This document shows positions 49,311 to 59,306 of a stretch of DNA of 64,000 nucleotides, piece after piece. The position numbers were made by a program, and so were the translations under genes. The stretch is from an uncultured Candidatus Saccharibacteria bacterium (GTDB lineage: Bacteria; Patescibacteriota; Andersenbacteria; UBA10190), in contig CAZSUC010000001.1 in NCBI GenBank assembly GCA_964610055.1, positions 431,912 to 495,911 on the forward strand, in the 5' to 3' direction. The notes beneath the pieces were generated by a model. It was not told where the DNA came from, searched no databases, and saw only the letters and a program-made list of their open reading frames with translations. Every line of letters starts with the position of its first letter. Position 1 is the stretch's first letter.

Positions 49311-50444
49311 CTAAGCCGTGATCGTTGGTTCCGCTGGCGTGCGGATTGCTCGTCCAATTGTGACTAAGATACTTCCCAGTGTCATCAGAGTTATAATCGC
49401 CACTGTCAGCCAACCTAAAATCGGAATCGCACGGATAATTGCTAATGCTAACGCTCCCACCAACGCTTCTCTCCAGCCCAATTTGCGCTCCTCATTTCCT
49501 TTGAAGACATATTTTGCTAAATACGCCCCCGTAATCACATGCGCATACGCAACTGCCAAAATTCCCAGGGCGATCGTAGCGATTCCAATAAAACCAGCAG
49601 CTGGAATTCCGATGACTGTAATTACCAGAATAAAGACGGCCGGTACACAAGCCACCATCCAACCTAATCCCCAAACGAAACTCTTACCCGGATGTTCTTT
49701 TTGCTGCTTGATAATTCGTGTTGCTAAACTCGGTGCTATTAATATCAAAAGCCATGCTAAAATCGACCAAGTTACAATCCGGCGCGCAATATCGGTAATC
49801 CACACCATTCCTGTCCATGACGCCATCCCGTCTGTTTTCTGTCTAGCATTTGCTTGTAAGTGATAATGGTGCCGCTCTCCTCGAACCAAGGCTCCATCTT
49901 CTGCAATAATAGTTGGTTCCGTATCGCCGTAAGTTAATAAGTCGCCGTTAATTTCTGTGTTATTACCTAATCGAATCGTATCCGCAGCTACTTTAACGTT
50001 ACCGTCAATTTTACCGCGAAGAACAACAGTTGCGCCGGCTAAGTAAACATCGCCAGTCACATGCGTGTCTTGGCCAATCAAGACGGAACTTCCGGCCGCA
50101 ATTACATCATCGACTGTGGTGGGTTCAATCATCAGCGCGCTTCCGGCCGCAATCACATCATCGCCAACTGCTCCGCGCACCATCACTGATTGTCCTGCCG
50201 CAATTACATCTCCCGTGACATTTTTTGTGACTTCCACCGTACTGCCTCCGGCCATGACATCCCCCTGGACGTCACCACGGACCGAAACGACTTGGCCGGC
50301 TGCGTACACATCATCATCTACTGCTTGGCTGAAATCAGCATTTCCTTCCGACAAAAAAGTCGCAGCTAGCGCTGCTACCGGCAAGCCAACTAATGCTGCC
50401 GTGATAGTCATGCTGGCTAATAAATATGGAAAAGGTTTGGTCAT
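49311..50444 (-). CDS. Beta-helix repeat (bactofilin-like) membrane protein
   Basis: Signal-like N-terminus, GDVxAAGxxV repeats, C-terminal TM bundle. Confidence 0.8.
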   Translation of the reverse strand: MTKPFPYLLASMTITAALVGLPVAALAATFLSEGNADFSQAVDDDVYAAGQVVSVRGDVQGDVMAGGSTVEVTKNVTGDVIAAGQSVMVRGAVGDDVIAAGSALMIEPTTVDDVIAAGSSVLIGQDTHVTGDVYLAGATVVLRGKIDGNVKVAADTIRLGNNTEINGDLLTYGDTEPTIIAEDGALVRGERHHYHLQANARQKTDGMASWTGMVWITDIARRIVTWSILAWLLILIAPSLATRIIKQQKEHPGKSFVWGLGWMVACVPAVFILVITVIGIPAAGFIGIATIALGILAVAYAHVITGAYLAKYVFKGNEERKLGWREALVGALALAIIRAIPILGWLTVAIITLMTLGSILVTIGRAIRTPAEPTITA

Positions 50445-50466
50445 AAATCAATTTTTAACAATAAAA

Positions 50467-50664
50467 TTAGTCATCAAATTTTTGTTCAATTTCCTCCACC
50501 TTATTCTTCATTGTTCCTAACTGTTGTTTTAACTGCTTAACCAATTTCATACCCTGTTCAAACTTCGGCATGTCTTGTTCTAAATCCAATTCTTTAGTTT
50601 CAAAATCATGCACGATTTTCTCAAGTTCTTGATAAGCAGTTTGAAAATTTTGTTTAGTCGCCAT
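50467..50664 (-). CDS. xseB: Exodeoxyribonuclease VII small subunit
   Basis: FQTAYQELEKIV..LDLE..FEQGMKL. Confidence 0.9.
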   Translation of the reverse strand: MATKQNFQTAYQELEKIVHDFETKELDLEQDMPKFEQGMKLVKQLKQQLGTMKNKVEEIEQKFDD

Positions 50665-50673
50665 ACTCAAATT

Positions 50674-51801
50674 TTAGTGCTTTATTTGGGCTTTTTCAAC
50701 CTTAGCTTGAATTACGCCGTCTCGCATTTCCGCCTGAATGACTGTGTCTTTTTTCACTTTAGCAGCTGAGGTTAAAACTTTTCCCGACTCATCTCGCAGA
50801 ATACTAAATCCTCTCTTTAAGACTGTTTGCGGTGCTAAAGACGCTAACAGACGTTCATATGCCAAAATATGCTCCTGTGTTTGTTGGTAAGTCGTATGCC
50901 AACGTTCATGCAATACCTGCGCCCAAAACCTTGTTTGTTGCTCTCGATTCGACACCTCGATAATTAATTTTTGGCGCAATTTTACCGCCCATTCTTCCAG
51001 CCGGGAGTGTAATTCTTCGCGCGACCGCACTAATAATTCAGCTGCGTTGCTTGGCGTTGAAGCGCGTTGATCGGCCGCTAATTCTGCTAACGTTATGTCA
51101 CGCTCGTGTCCGATTCCCACAACTGTTGGTATCCGTGATCCGGCTACCGCACGCACTACTTCTTCAGTGTTAAACGCTTGCAAATCTTCCATGCTGCCAC
51201 CTCCGCGCACCATCACAATTACATCAATCCGATCTAAATTAGTATTGGCGTAATTCAAAGCCCGGACAATTTGCCGCGGCGCGTCTTCGCCTTGCACTTG
51301 TACGTGCAAAAGTTGCACTGTTAATCCGCCCATGCGCGCCTGCAAAATTTTAATAAAATCAGAGTAAGCCGCTGCCTCACGACTAGTAATCAAAGCTATG
51401 CGTTCCGGAAATTGCGGTAGGCTTCTCTTTCGTTCCGGGCTAAACAGCCCTTCCGTCTCTAATTTCTGTTGTAATAGCAGCAACGCTCTCTTTAAAGCTC
51501 CTTCTCCTGCCGGCTGCACGTCAGTTAACACAAAACTAAAAAACCCTTTCTCGCGTAATCGTGGCTGTCCAGTTACCTTTACCAGCATCCCATCTTCAAT
51601 CTGGGTTTTAAGCTGCCAGATTGTCATAAAACAATTAACACTAGCTCGCTCGTCTTTCAGCGTAAACGTTACCCATTTGTTATGGATAATCTTGTACTGA
51701 TCAACCTCTCCCGTGACGCTAATCCCTTGAGCGGCATCTAAAGCGGTATTTATTAAACTAACAAATTGACTAACAGTCAGTGAGTCGCTGAAATCTGCCA
51801 T
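50674..51801 (-). CDS. xseA: Exodeoxyribonuclease VII large subunit
   Basis: FTLKD, LETEGLF, RGGGSMEDL, GIGHERD, TPSNAAE. Confidence 0.95.
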   Translation of the reverse strand: MADFSDSLTVSQFVSLINTALDAAQGISVTGEVDQYKIIHNKWVTFTLKDERASVNCFMTIWQLKTQIEDGMLVKVTGQPRLREKGFFSFVLTDVQPAGEGALKRALLLLQQKLETEGLFSPERKRSLPQFPERIALITSREAAAYSDFIKILQARMGGLTVQLLHVQVQGEDAPRQIVRALNYANTNLDRIDVIVMVRGGGSMEDLQAFNTEEVVRAVAGSRIPTVVGIGHERDITLAELAADQRASTPSNAAELLVRSREELHSRLEEWAVKLRQKLIIEVSNREQQTRFWAQVLHERWHTTYQQTQEHILAYERLLASLAPQTVLKRGFSILRDESGKVLTSAAKVKKDTVIQAEMRDGVIQAKVEKAQIKH

Positions 51802-51804
51802 ATT

Positions 51805-52767
51805 TTATCCCCGTAACGCCAAGCTCGTCATATACGCTCCGTATAATACCAACATTACAATTGCTTCGCGCCGTTCTAGCATATTTCTTCGCCCCAAAAA
51901 CAACGATAAAAACAGAATCGCAGAGGCAGCGATCATAACTAACAAATCCAAATTCATTGTTGGCGTTAGCTTAATTGGCGTGATCGTGCTTGTGATAGCT
52001 AAGACTAACAACAAATTAAAAATATTTGATCCTACTACATTACCAACTGCGATGTCAGCATTTTTGCGCCAAGCCGCCATGATTGACGTTGCTAATTCCG
52101 GCAGCGACGTTCCAAAAGCAACTATCGTTAATCCGATGACATTTTCACTAATCCCCATCGCCGCCGCCAGTATTTTCGCATTCTCAACAATCCAGTACGC
52201 TCCCAACATTAAACCGCCTAAACCAAGCACAATTAGAGTCACAATCATTGTCATTGATCTGCGTTTTACATCCGGATTATCCTGTCCGCCCTGAACCTCT
52301 CTGATTCCATAGGTGTAATACAGGAAAATAATGAAAAAGAGCAGTAACGCTAATCCATCTGCTCGAGATAATAAAGCTGATTTCGCTCCATCTAAAATGA
52401 CGTCATTTGCCAAAAAGAATACCGCCACTGCCGCCAACAAAGAAAATGGAATTCCACGCCATACGGTAGTTCGCCCGACTGCCAAAGGATAGATTGCTGC
52501 CGTTGCTCCTAGAATTAGAAATACATTTGCAATATTGCTCCCCACAATATTTCCGAGCGCTAAATCAGTGCTGCCGCGCACAGCAGAAAGCATGTTCACA
52601 AAAAGTTCCGGACTCGATGTTCCAAAAGCAACCACTGTTAATCCAATCACTAACTCACTTAGACCAAACTTTTTTGCTAATGACCCCGAACCATCAACTA
52701 ACCAATCAGCTCCTTTAATTAAAAACCCAAAACCTAAAATCAATAAAATAACACTAAGTGCCAACAT
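51805..52767 (-). CDS. Calcium/sodium antiporter (YrbG family)
   Basis: Duplicated GLTxVAFGTSxPE / GNxVGSN alpha repeats. Confidence 0.93.
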   Translation of the reverse strand: MLALSVILLILGFGFLIKGADWLVDGSGSLAKKFGLSELVIGLTVVAFGTSSPELFVNMLSAVRGSTDLALGNIVGSNIANVFLILGATAAIYPLAVGRTTVWRGIPFSLLAAVAVFFLANDVILDGAKSALLSRADGLALLLFFIIFLYYTYGIREVQGGQDNPDVKRRSMTMIVTLIVLGLGGLMLGAYWIVENAKILAAAMGISENVIGLTIVAFGTSLPELATSIMAAWRKNADIAVGNVVGSNIFNLLLVLAITSTITPIKLTPTMNLDLLVMIAASAILFLSLFLGRRNMLERREAIVMLVLYGAYMTSLALRG

Positions 52768-52772
52768 AATCT

Positions 52773-53507
52773 TTATTGCAATTCATAAGTAATGCTCACA
52801 TCCGCTTTAACTGTTTGCGTGCCAGTCGCAACTTCTGGCAGCGGTACAGTTGCCTTACTATCCTCCGTCACCGCATTGCGATAAAGTACCGGTTCAGTTC
52901 CCGCTTGGCTGGTATTAGCTTGAAAGTTTTTCACTTGACCCAAACGTACACCTAAGCTCGCCGCCAAAGCCTCGGCCTTTTGGCGCGCATCTTGAATTGC
53001 ATCGGCTTGCGCGGCTAATTCGATTTCACTCGGATCATCCACTTCAAAACTAACGCCTCCTACTTGATTGATTCCTAAAGCTGTCGCTTGGCCGACTAAC
53101 TCCCCAATTTTATCTAATTCTCGAATGGTTACAGTTAGCTCTTCTCGTGCCTCAAACCCCCGCAAATTTTGACGCCCATCAGTATAATCATACGACGGAT
53201 TTACTGATAATCCTGTTGTCTTAATATCTTCTTCCGCAATCCCTGCGTCTTTTAGCGCCTTAATTACTTGATTAATTTTATCCGCAATAACACTTAAAGC
53301 TTGTTCAGCATTCGTTTGAATTCCCGAATTTGTTGCCAAAACAACTCGCGCAACATCTGGCCGCTGCAAAGCTTCTCCTGAGCCTTGCACGGTAATCTCA
53401 CGGTTTAATTCTGCTTCTTGTTTAATCCGGTCGGGTTGAGAAGCAATATACTGCCCGGCTACATAAAATACGCCTGCTAAGATAACTACTAACCAAAGTT
53501 TATTCAT
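52773..53507 (-). CDS. SIMPL/DUF541 domain protein
   Basis: ITVQGSGE..PDVA, GIAEEDIKT, DARQKAEALA; start ATG 53507. Confidence 0.9.
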   Translation of the reverse strand: MNKLWLVVILAGVFYVAGQYIASQPDRIKQEAELNREITVQGSGEALQRPDVARVVLATNSGIQTNAEQALSVIADKINQVIKALKDAGIAEEDIKTTGLSVNPSYDYTDGRQNLRGFEAREELTVTIRELDKIGELVGQATALGINQVGGVSFEVDDPSEIELAAQADAIQDARQKAEALAASLGVRLGQVKNFQANTSQAGTEPVLYRNAVTEDSKATVPLPEVATGTQTVKADVSITYELQ

Positions 53508-53521
53508 ATATTTATCATAAA

Positions 53522-54379
53522 CTATTCCATAAAAGCGGGCCAAACCGGCTTAAGCCCATAAGTATTGCCGCCTCCTAAAGTTCCAAAGGTTTCGTGATTA
53601 GGATCATGAAAATCAGATCCCGCCGTTTCAAATAATCCGGCTTCCAACGCTACTTCATGCCAAGCCAGTGTCATTTCACGTGTATAAGACGGATAAAAAA
53701 CTTCTAAACCATCCAAACCAGCATCAATATAATCCGCTATAATCTGCATCGGTAAATCTTTCTGATCTTGGAATGTCCAAGCCGGATGAGATAAAACCGC
53801 ACTCCCTTTCGCCTGATGTAAGAGTTGAATTGCATCCTTGGTTTCTAACTTAAATCTTTTGACGTAAGCCGGCTTCCCTGGCTCTAAATAATGGACAATC
53901 AAATCACTCGTATTCACTATTTTTTCCGTTTGTAATCGAGCTTGATTCTCGCGGTGTGCTAACACTGCTCGCGCAATATGCGGCCGACCAATTGGTCCTT
54001 GAGCTTGCTGCGCAACATCTGTCATAGTTACTTCCCAGCCAATTTCACGTAATAATTTCACCATGCTGTGGGCGCGATTCTCACGTGCCTGAGCAAGATT
54101 TTGGGTAGTTTGCGCTAACATTTGATCATGAGGATCAAAATTATACCCTAGCAAATGAACTTCTTTGTCATTATGGACGGTTGATAATTCAATCCCGGTA
54201 ACAGTTTTAATCCCATATTTCTTACCTGCTTCTGCCGTTGCTTCCAAATGCTCGACCGTATCGTGATCTGTGACAGAGGCAATCCTTATCCCAGCCGCTG
54301 CGCATCGGCGCATAATTTCATGAGGTGATAATGTTCCGTCAGAAAAATCAGAGTGAATTTGCAAATCAATATTCAACAT
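53522..54379 (-). CDS. PHP-domain phosphoesterase
   Basis: DLQIHSDFSDG, VTDHDT, GIELS, HLLGY, SHP, GSDFH; start taken at ATG 54379. Confidence 0.9.
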   Translation of the reverse strand: MLNIDLQIHSDFSDGTLSPHEIMRRCAAAGIRIASVTDHDTVEHLEATAEAGKKYGIKTVTGIELSTVHNDKEVHLLGYNFDPHDQMLAQTTQNLAQARENRAHSMVKLLREIGWEVTMTDVAQQAQGPIGRPHIARAVLAHRENQARLQTEKIVNTSDLIVHYLEPGKPAYVKRFKLETKDAIQLLHQAKGSAVLSHPAWTFQDQKDLPMQIIADYIDAGLDGLEVFYPSYTREMTLAWHEVALEAGLFETAGSDFHDPNHETFGTLGGGNTYGLKPVWPAFME

Positions 54380-54399
54380 ACCCCCAAAGTCTAACATAA

Positions 54400-54437
54400 A
54401 AAACAACCCCCTATAGTGCATCGCGCTATAGGGGGTA
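54400..54437 (-). terminator. Intrinsic terminator of the small-ORF pair
   Basis: accccctatag...ctatagggggt stem with a T-rich tail on the minus strand. Confidence 0.75.
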
Positions 54438-54440
54438 AAA

Positions 54441-54548
54441 TCACAGAGTACTCCAGGCATGAATCGTCGCTACAGAGTATGCTAGGATCAGCACCAAGCA
54501 TACGACGTAAGCGACATTGATAATAATCGTGCCTTCCTTGGCTGTCAT
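54441..54548 (-). CDS. 35-aa hydrophobic peptide
   Basis: MTAKEGTIIINVAYVVCLVLILAYSVATIHAWSTL; SD aaaggag. Confidence 0.55.
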   Translation of the reverse strand: MTAKEGTIIINVAYVVCLVLILAYSVATIHAWSTL

Positions 54549-54564
54549 CTTCGTCTCTCCTTTG

Positions 54565-54792
54565 CTAAAGTACTGCCCTGATATACAACGCAGCACCTCG
54601 CTGCGATTCTTTCTCAGGGCCTTGATACTCTTGATACCGTTGTTCTGCTGGGATTGAATGGTTGTTTTGCTGAACCTGCAATTGCAGGTAAACAGCAAAG
54701 ATCAGGCACAAGATGGCCGCTCCATAGAGCACCATCTCGCCCCAGAAAAGCCATCCGTGCCCGTTACTCTTATCCTTCTTCATTCGATTCAT
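54565..54792 (-). CDS. Small single-TM protein
   Basis: MNRMKKDK.. followed by a TM segment; SD gaggagg; promoter upstream. Confidence 0.6.
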   Translation of the reverse strand: MNRMKKDKSNGHGWLFWGEMVLYGAAILCLIFAVYLQLQVQQNNHSIPAEQRYQEYQGPEKESQRGAALYIRAVL

Positions 54793-54812
54793 CCACAACC
54801 TCCTCGCTAACA

Positions 54813-54858
54813 AAAAAGAACCTATTTAACTATAGCATAAATAGGCTTATTTTGTCAA
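54813..54858 (-). promoter_or_regulatory. Sigma70 promoter with palindrome and boxA-like motif
   Basis: TTGACA, 18 bp, TATAGT; cctattta/taaatagg; followed by TAGGTTCTTTT. Confidence 0.55.
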
Positions 54859-54874
54859 GTTAGACAAGTAGCGG

Positions 54875-56224
54875 CTAATTCCAATCGTCTCTCGTTAATA
54901 GTTCTTCTAAAAGAATTCTATTTTTCCATAAAAGTTTTATATCTGCACTCGAAAGCTCCATTTTTTCTGTTTGATCAGTCTGCGATTCTTTTAATTTTTC
55001 TTTAAGCTCTTCACTTATTTCCGCAATCCGTTTTTTAAATTCAGCATTGCCTGAAATTCCTTGCCGGCTCTCAACTATTTGTTCGCTTTGTGTAAATAAA
55101 TCAAATAGCTTCTCATATACTGCTTTCGAAACCGTTTCGTATCTTATTTCCGAGCTAACCGTACCAGGGTTTTTAGTAGCAGTTACAATCTTATTTAGTA
55201 ATCGCAACAAAACCTCGGTGCTATATTCGTTTATTTCCTTCTTGATCTGCGGTGCGGTTTTATTCATAAATTCCTGCTCCAAACTCGTCTCTGGTTTTAC
55301 TAACGGCGTCGGTGCTGACGCTGGTACTGCCGCCGCTTTCGTCTGCTGGCTTTGCCGCTCTATTTCTTTCAATTTTGCCGCATATAACACTGTTTGCCAT
55401 AATCCATTCTTCTGCGTGCGAGTTTCTTTTACATGCCCGACTAATTCATTAACTGGTCGTCCAACTTGAGCAGCTTGTGGCCACACCTGGTTATAATATC
55501 TTTTCGTCTCAACAAACTGAGGAGCCGATGTAGTTTGCGCTAAATATTCGTCCGCTTTTTCCTGCGCATCTGGCTCAGGCTTAAAATTCTCCCCTTTTTC
55601 CGACAAATATTTAATTTGTGCCATTAATTTAACCGCATCTGGTACTTCTTTTTGCTGTAGCAATTTCTTTAATTTTTCCGCTATTATTTGTCCGGACTTG
55701 CCTTGGAATGGAATTCCTATAATCTTGGCGTTTACGCATAAAGCAGCTAGCTTTGTCGGATCAGTCTTCGGATCTTTCATCTGTCTTTTAATTTCCTCAA
55801 CAATTATAGTTCGTGTCTTATTATCCACCTCCAACATTCCTGTTCTTTGCATAACCGCGGCATATCGTGCCAAGGATTCCGGCCTCGCTTGTAAAATACG
55901 CATACCTCGCTTCAATCCTGCTTGAAAAGCAGCCGGCGGATTTTTAATCACAATCCTCATCGTTTTCAAAGCCGCTATCTTCTCCGCAATCCTAACAAAG
56001 CCCTGTTCGTTATATCCAGTTTTGTTTTCTGGACCCACAAAAGGATCATCTCCTTGCACTAGCATGCTCTTCTGTTTGAGTGCTTCCTGTAAATCTGTTT
56101 GTAAACTCTTCCCGACTTCCTTTAGATCATCAGGACTTAAAACTTGCTCGCCAAATATTTCCACTCCATTAGCTAATGATTCTTGCTTCCCAGTATTTTT
56201 CTCGCCGCTATTTTCAACTGACAT
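54875..56224 (-). CDS. Hypothetical helical protein
   Basis: 449-aa K/E/Q-rich ORF; TGtTAGGCT 6 nt before the ATG. Confidence 0.75.
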   Translation of the reverse strand: MSVENSGEKNTGKQESLANGVEIFGEQVLSPDDLKEVGKSLQTDLQEALKQKSMLVQGDDPFVGPENKTGYNEQGFVRIAEKIAALKTMRIVIKNPPAAFQAGLKRGMRILQARPESLARYAAVMQRTGMLEVDNKTRTIIVEEIKRQMKDPKTDPTKLAALCVNAKIIGIPFQGKSGQIIAEKLKKLLQQKEVPDAVKLMAQIKYLSEKGENFKPEPDAQEKADEYLAQTTSAPQFVETKRYYNQVWPQAAQVGRPVNELVGHVKETRTQKNGLWQTVLYAAKLKEIERQSQQTKAAAVPASAPTPLVKPETSLEQEFMNKTAPQIKKEINEYSTEVLLRLLNKIVTATKNPGTVSSEIRYETVSKAVYEKLFDLFTQSEQIVESRQGISGNAEFKKRIAEISEELKEKLKESQTDQTEKMELSSADIKLLWKNRILLEELLTRDDWN

Positions 56225-56241
56225 AATTACAGCCTAACACC

Positions 56242-56736
56242 CTACGAATTTAACACCCAAATCGCGTAATTTAAGTAACTAGCAAAACTGACCCAGAGTA
56301 AATAAGGAACCAGCAGCCAAGCTGCCAACCGCGAAATACGTCCAAACTTTACGATAGTCACGACAATCATTATCCATAAAAATATAATTTCAATAAATGC
56401 TGCCCCTGGGTTTTGCCGTCCAAAAAATATGATTGACCACAACATATTCAAACCCAATTGCACACCATACACTGTTAACGCTGTTTTAACCACATTCTTA
56501 CTCCATCCTTTTTGCCAAATAAAATAAGAGGCAATTCCCATTAAAGCAAATAATGTCGTCCACACTGGTCCAAATACCCAATTAGGCGGCGATAATTCTG
56601 GACGCACTAAAGTCGCGTACCATTCCGGGATTACTGGCGTTGTGAAAAATGAACCAATCACACCCGCCATCTCAGCTATAACCACCGCCACTATCATCTG
56701 CCACCAGTTTATTGGTTGTTTTATCTGAGCTGTCAC
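56242..56736 (-). CDS. tspO: TspO/MBR tryptophan-rich sensory protein
   Basis: WYATLVRP..PPNWVFGPVWT, LLVPYLLWVSFASYLN. Confidence 0.95.
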   Translation of the reverse strand: MTAQIKQPINWWQMIVAVVIAEMAGVIGSFFTTPVIPEWYATLVRPELSPPNWVFGPVWTTLFALMGIASYFIWQKGWSKNVVKTALTVYGVQLGLNMLWSIIFFGRQNPGAAFIEIIFLWIMIVVTIVKFGRISRLAAWLLVPYLLWVSFASYLNYAIWVLNS

Positions 56737-56851
56737 CCTTTTATTTTACCGCAAAATAACGACTTTGACACTCGCTTTTAACAAGCGTACATTCACCTTG
56801 TTGTTTTTATTGCCCGTTCTCTTGTTCTCTTCATTCATTGGAGAAAGAACC

Positions 56852-58027
56852 ATGTTAGAAGGCATCGACATTGCGTACTGCAACGCAGCGATTGAGGCGT
56901 TGCTGAGTGCTAACAAGACTTTGTTAGGCACTGCGATTGCAGAAGCTGTCAACCCCTCTCACGTCTGGTGCAAGGGTGATACCTTGGGGCTTGATCGAGG
57001 CCCAGAAAACGCTATCACGCAGGAATTTTCCGGCTTTGACAGTCGCGCTATCATTATCTCAGAAGAAGTTGGTGAATTTGCCAATCCCTTGTTGGGGCAG
57101 GGCTTCGGAAACGTTTCCGGTGCTCGGACGTTCATTGGATGCGATCCCTTTGATCGTTCCAAGAATGCTCGTGCGTTTATTCAAGAACACTCTCAAGGTA
57201 GGCAATACGTTAGCGATCTGGTTTTAGGTGAACCGAATGTCGTTCATCTTTGGGAAGCAAAGTACGGTGCTCCTGCCAGTGTGACTGGATTTAGCGGCGC
57301 CGCAACCATCGTGCGCCGTGGTGTTCCGATCGGTACCGTCATGTTCAATTATTTAACTCAACAGATTTTCCTCTGCTGCCAAGCCGGTTTCTTCTATGCA
57401 TCCGTGACGACGGACAATCAGTCTGCTATCAGTGTTGCCTATTTGCGCCAGCATGGCACCCCGATCACTTTCCCGAACATTACTAATCAGGATTTTCGAC
57501 GGATTGTGACATTTCTCGGCAAACCTGAGCGTGGCTATCCGCAAAACTTTTCCGCCATCAACCTGGTCAATGACACTGAGTTGTCTCAGTGTTTGCATGA
57601 TCGTGAAGCCGGTGGGCCTTTACGTGTTCTCTACCTCTCCTCCTTGTACGCCAATGCTAATCCGGATCAGCAGATTGGCATTATTGTGGCCAACGGGGAA
57701 AAATTTGGAGAATGGCTCCACTGGCTCTCGCCGGTTCGTTTCTGCGCTCGCACTGACGACCCGTCTGATCCCGCTCTGCGTATTTTTGAGGTCTCGCAAG
57801 ATCAATCACCAATGCGAGACGGGTATCTCATGATGCCGTCTCCGATTTACAGTGCTTTTTGTCGGGTGGACGATCGCGATCCGCGCGTGACCTTTGATGT
57901 TGAAAGGCTGCAGGGCCTGGATAATCCGAGCCGGTATCGCGCCACTCTTTTGCTTGTCCCCGCAACCAACAAATGGGCGATCAGCCGTATTCAACAATAC
58001 GGGTACCGGGAACTTATCTTCCCCTAA
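56852..58027 (+). CDS. Divergent FIG (IMPase/FBPase) superfamily-like protein
   Basis: IISEE and CDPFDRS resemble the metal-binding motifs; start ATG 56852 with ggag SD; TTGACA-17-TACATT at 56765. Confidence 0.55.
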   Translation: MLEGIDIAYCNAAIEALLSANKTLLGTAIAEAVNPSHVWCKGDTLGLDRGPENAITQEFSGFDSRAIIISEEVGEFANPLLGQGFGNVSGARTFIGCDPFDRSKNARAFIQEHSQGRQYVSDLVLGEPNVVHLWEAKYGAPASVTGFSGAATIVRRGVPIGTVMFNYLTQQIFLCCQAGFFYASVTTDNQSAISVAYLRQHGTPITFPNITNQDFRRIVTFLGKPERGYPQNFSAINLVNDTELSQCLHDREAGGPLRVLYLSSLYANANPDQQIGIIVANGEKFGEWLHWLSPVRFCARTDDPSDPALRIFEVSQDQSPMRDGYLMMPSPIYSAFCRVDDRDPRVTFDVERLQGLDNPSRYRATLLLVPATNKWAISRIQQYGYRELIFP

Positions 58028-58069
58028 TCCCACTGCCATCCGCTGTCTTGAAAAAGACAACGGATTATT
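57996..58069 (+). repeat. Direct repeat copy 1 (gene 3' end plus hairpin)
   Basis: aatacgggtaccgggaacttatcttcccc..ccatccgctgtcttGAAAaagacaacggattatt. Confidence 0.85.
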
Positions 58070-58149
58070 TAAAAACTAGCGGCGGCATTCTGATCCTGTA
58101 CTCCTGACTATCAAATAACAAGTAGAGACTGCGGGTCTCGTTTCCAAAG

Positions 58150-58182
58150 AAAAAGCCCCACTGAACATCATGTTAGTGAGGC
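58150..58182 (-). terminator. Intrinsic terminator of the 58220..59101 gene
   Basis: Minus strand gcctcactaaca..tgttcagtggggc-ttttt. Confidence 0.65.
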
Positions 58183-58219
58183 CTCTACTAAGATAATCTG
58201 TTTCGTGGTTCTTGCTTAC

Positions 58220-59101
58220 TTAGATCAACTGCGTTACCTTCATGGGCTTGAAACTGAAGTGATGAAGATAACACGTCTGCATCGCCCATCCTGCCGGCAC
58301 CCACATCGCGTGTGGTGGCTGTTCTTTCCAGTAACAATCGCGACTAGGACGTAAATTATCACAGGTAATGTATCCGAGAGGGGGAACTTCATCCCACCAT
58401 GCCTCATCCGTTTCCTGTGATCCGAACGGTGCATCACTCGGCTTATCGCCGCAACGGACGTGCAGAATGTGCGCGCTGGCACCTTGAGCGTTCCGGCTCG
58501 AGCCGATACTAATATGGAAATAGAAATTCCACACTACCATCGGGTCTTCATCGAGACACTCTGCCAGTTCGCTCAACCGCGCCCACCGCCATCTTTTTAC
58601 GCGAGTGAAATTGGGGTGACGAACGCTGGGGGTGTTGGTGATTTTATTACCCTTGACCTTACGAGCCACCACGAAATCCTCCCACTTAAGGGAGTAGCAA
58701 TCGGAGTAGCAGGTGCAGTTTTCCCAGCATAGGACTCCGAAGGGTTGATCAGCGACAAGAGCGTACTTCCAGTGCTCGCGTCCGTGGTATTCAGGAAAGT
58801 CATCGTCACCAATGTTGATCGAACCGATGCAGCCCAGGACGTAATGCTGAAGATTGATGGGTGAATGACTGAGCGTAGCCAGTCGTTCTGTTTCAACGTA
58901 GTCGCGAAGCAGTTTCCGGCCTTCTTTCTCGCCACTGATCTGCATCAGCTCCTCGGGCAGAGGAAGAACCGGCTTCATCTGTTCAGCAGGAACCGCGGTA
59001 TTCAGTGAACGAAACACAGCAATCCAACTTCCATCAGGAATGTCCGTTTCCACGAACTCTCCCTTACCCCTCTCCAACATCCTGACAGTACGAATCTTCA
59101 T
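58220..59101 (-). CDS. Hypothetical Cys/Trp/His-rich orphan
   Basis: 293-aa ORF with SD aaggag and its own promoter and terminator. Confidence 0.75.
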   Translation of the reverse strand: MKIRTVRMLERGKGEFVETDIPDGSWIAVFRSLNTAVPAEQMKPVLPLPEELMQISGEKEGRKLLRDYVETERLATLSHSPINLQHYVLGCIGSINIGDDDFPEYHGREHWKYALVADQPFGVLCWENCTCYSDCYSLKWEDFVVARKVKGNKITNTPSVRHPNFTRVKRWRWARLSELAECLDEDPMVVWNFYFHISIGSSRNAQGASAHILHVRCGDKPSDAPFGSQETDEAWWDEVPPLGYITCDNLRPSRDCYWKEQPPHAMWVPAGWAMQTCYLHHFSFKPMKVTQLI

Positions 59102-59220
59102 GGTAAATCTCCTTCATAGCGACTCGATTGTTTTTCAGAAAGCCATCGCTCTGCTTTCTGATGCCGCAGGAACTATCCAGCGGAAGATGTCAAAAAACAG
59201 TAAAACCAGATTCAGTTTCT

Positions 59221-59263
59221 AAAAGAACCTATATTCTATAGAATATATTCATTCTAGTGTCAA
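59221..59263 (-). promoter_or_regulatory. Sigma70 promoter with palindrome and boxA-like motif
   Basis: TTGACA, 17 bp, TATAGA within the palindrome tatattctatagaatata; followed by TAGGTTCTTTT. Confidence 0.55.
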
Positions 59264-59306
59264 TGTTTTTGATGATCTAGCTACCTACAGCTTACCTTAG
59301 GTCATT

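Noticed and set aside
50090-50310. Spaced DNA repeats resembling a CRISPR array
   Set aside because: They encode GDVxAAG beta-helix protein repeats; no cas genes or arrays were seen in the window.
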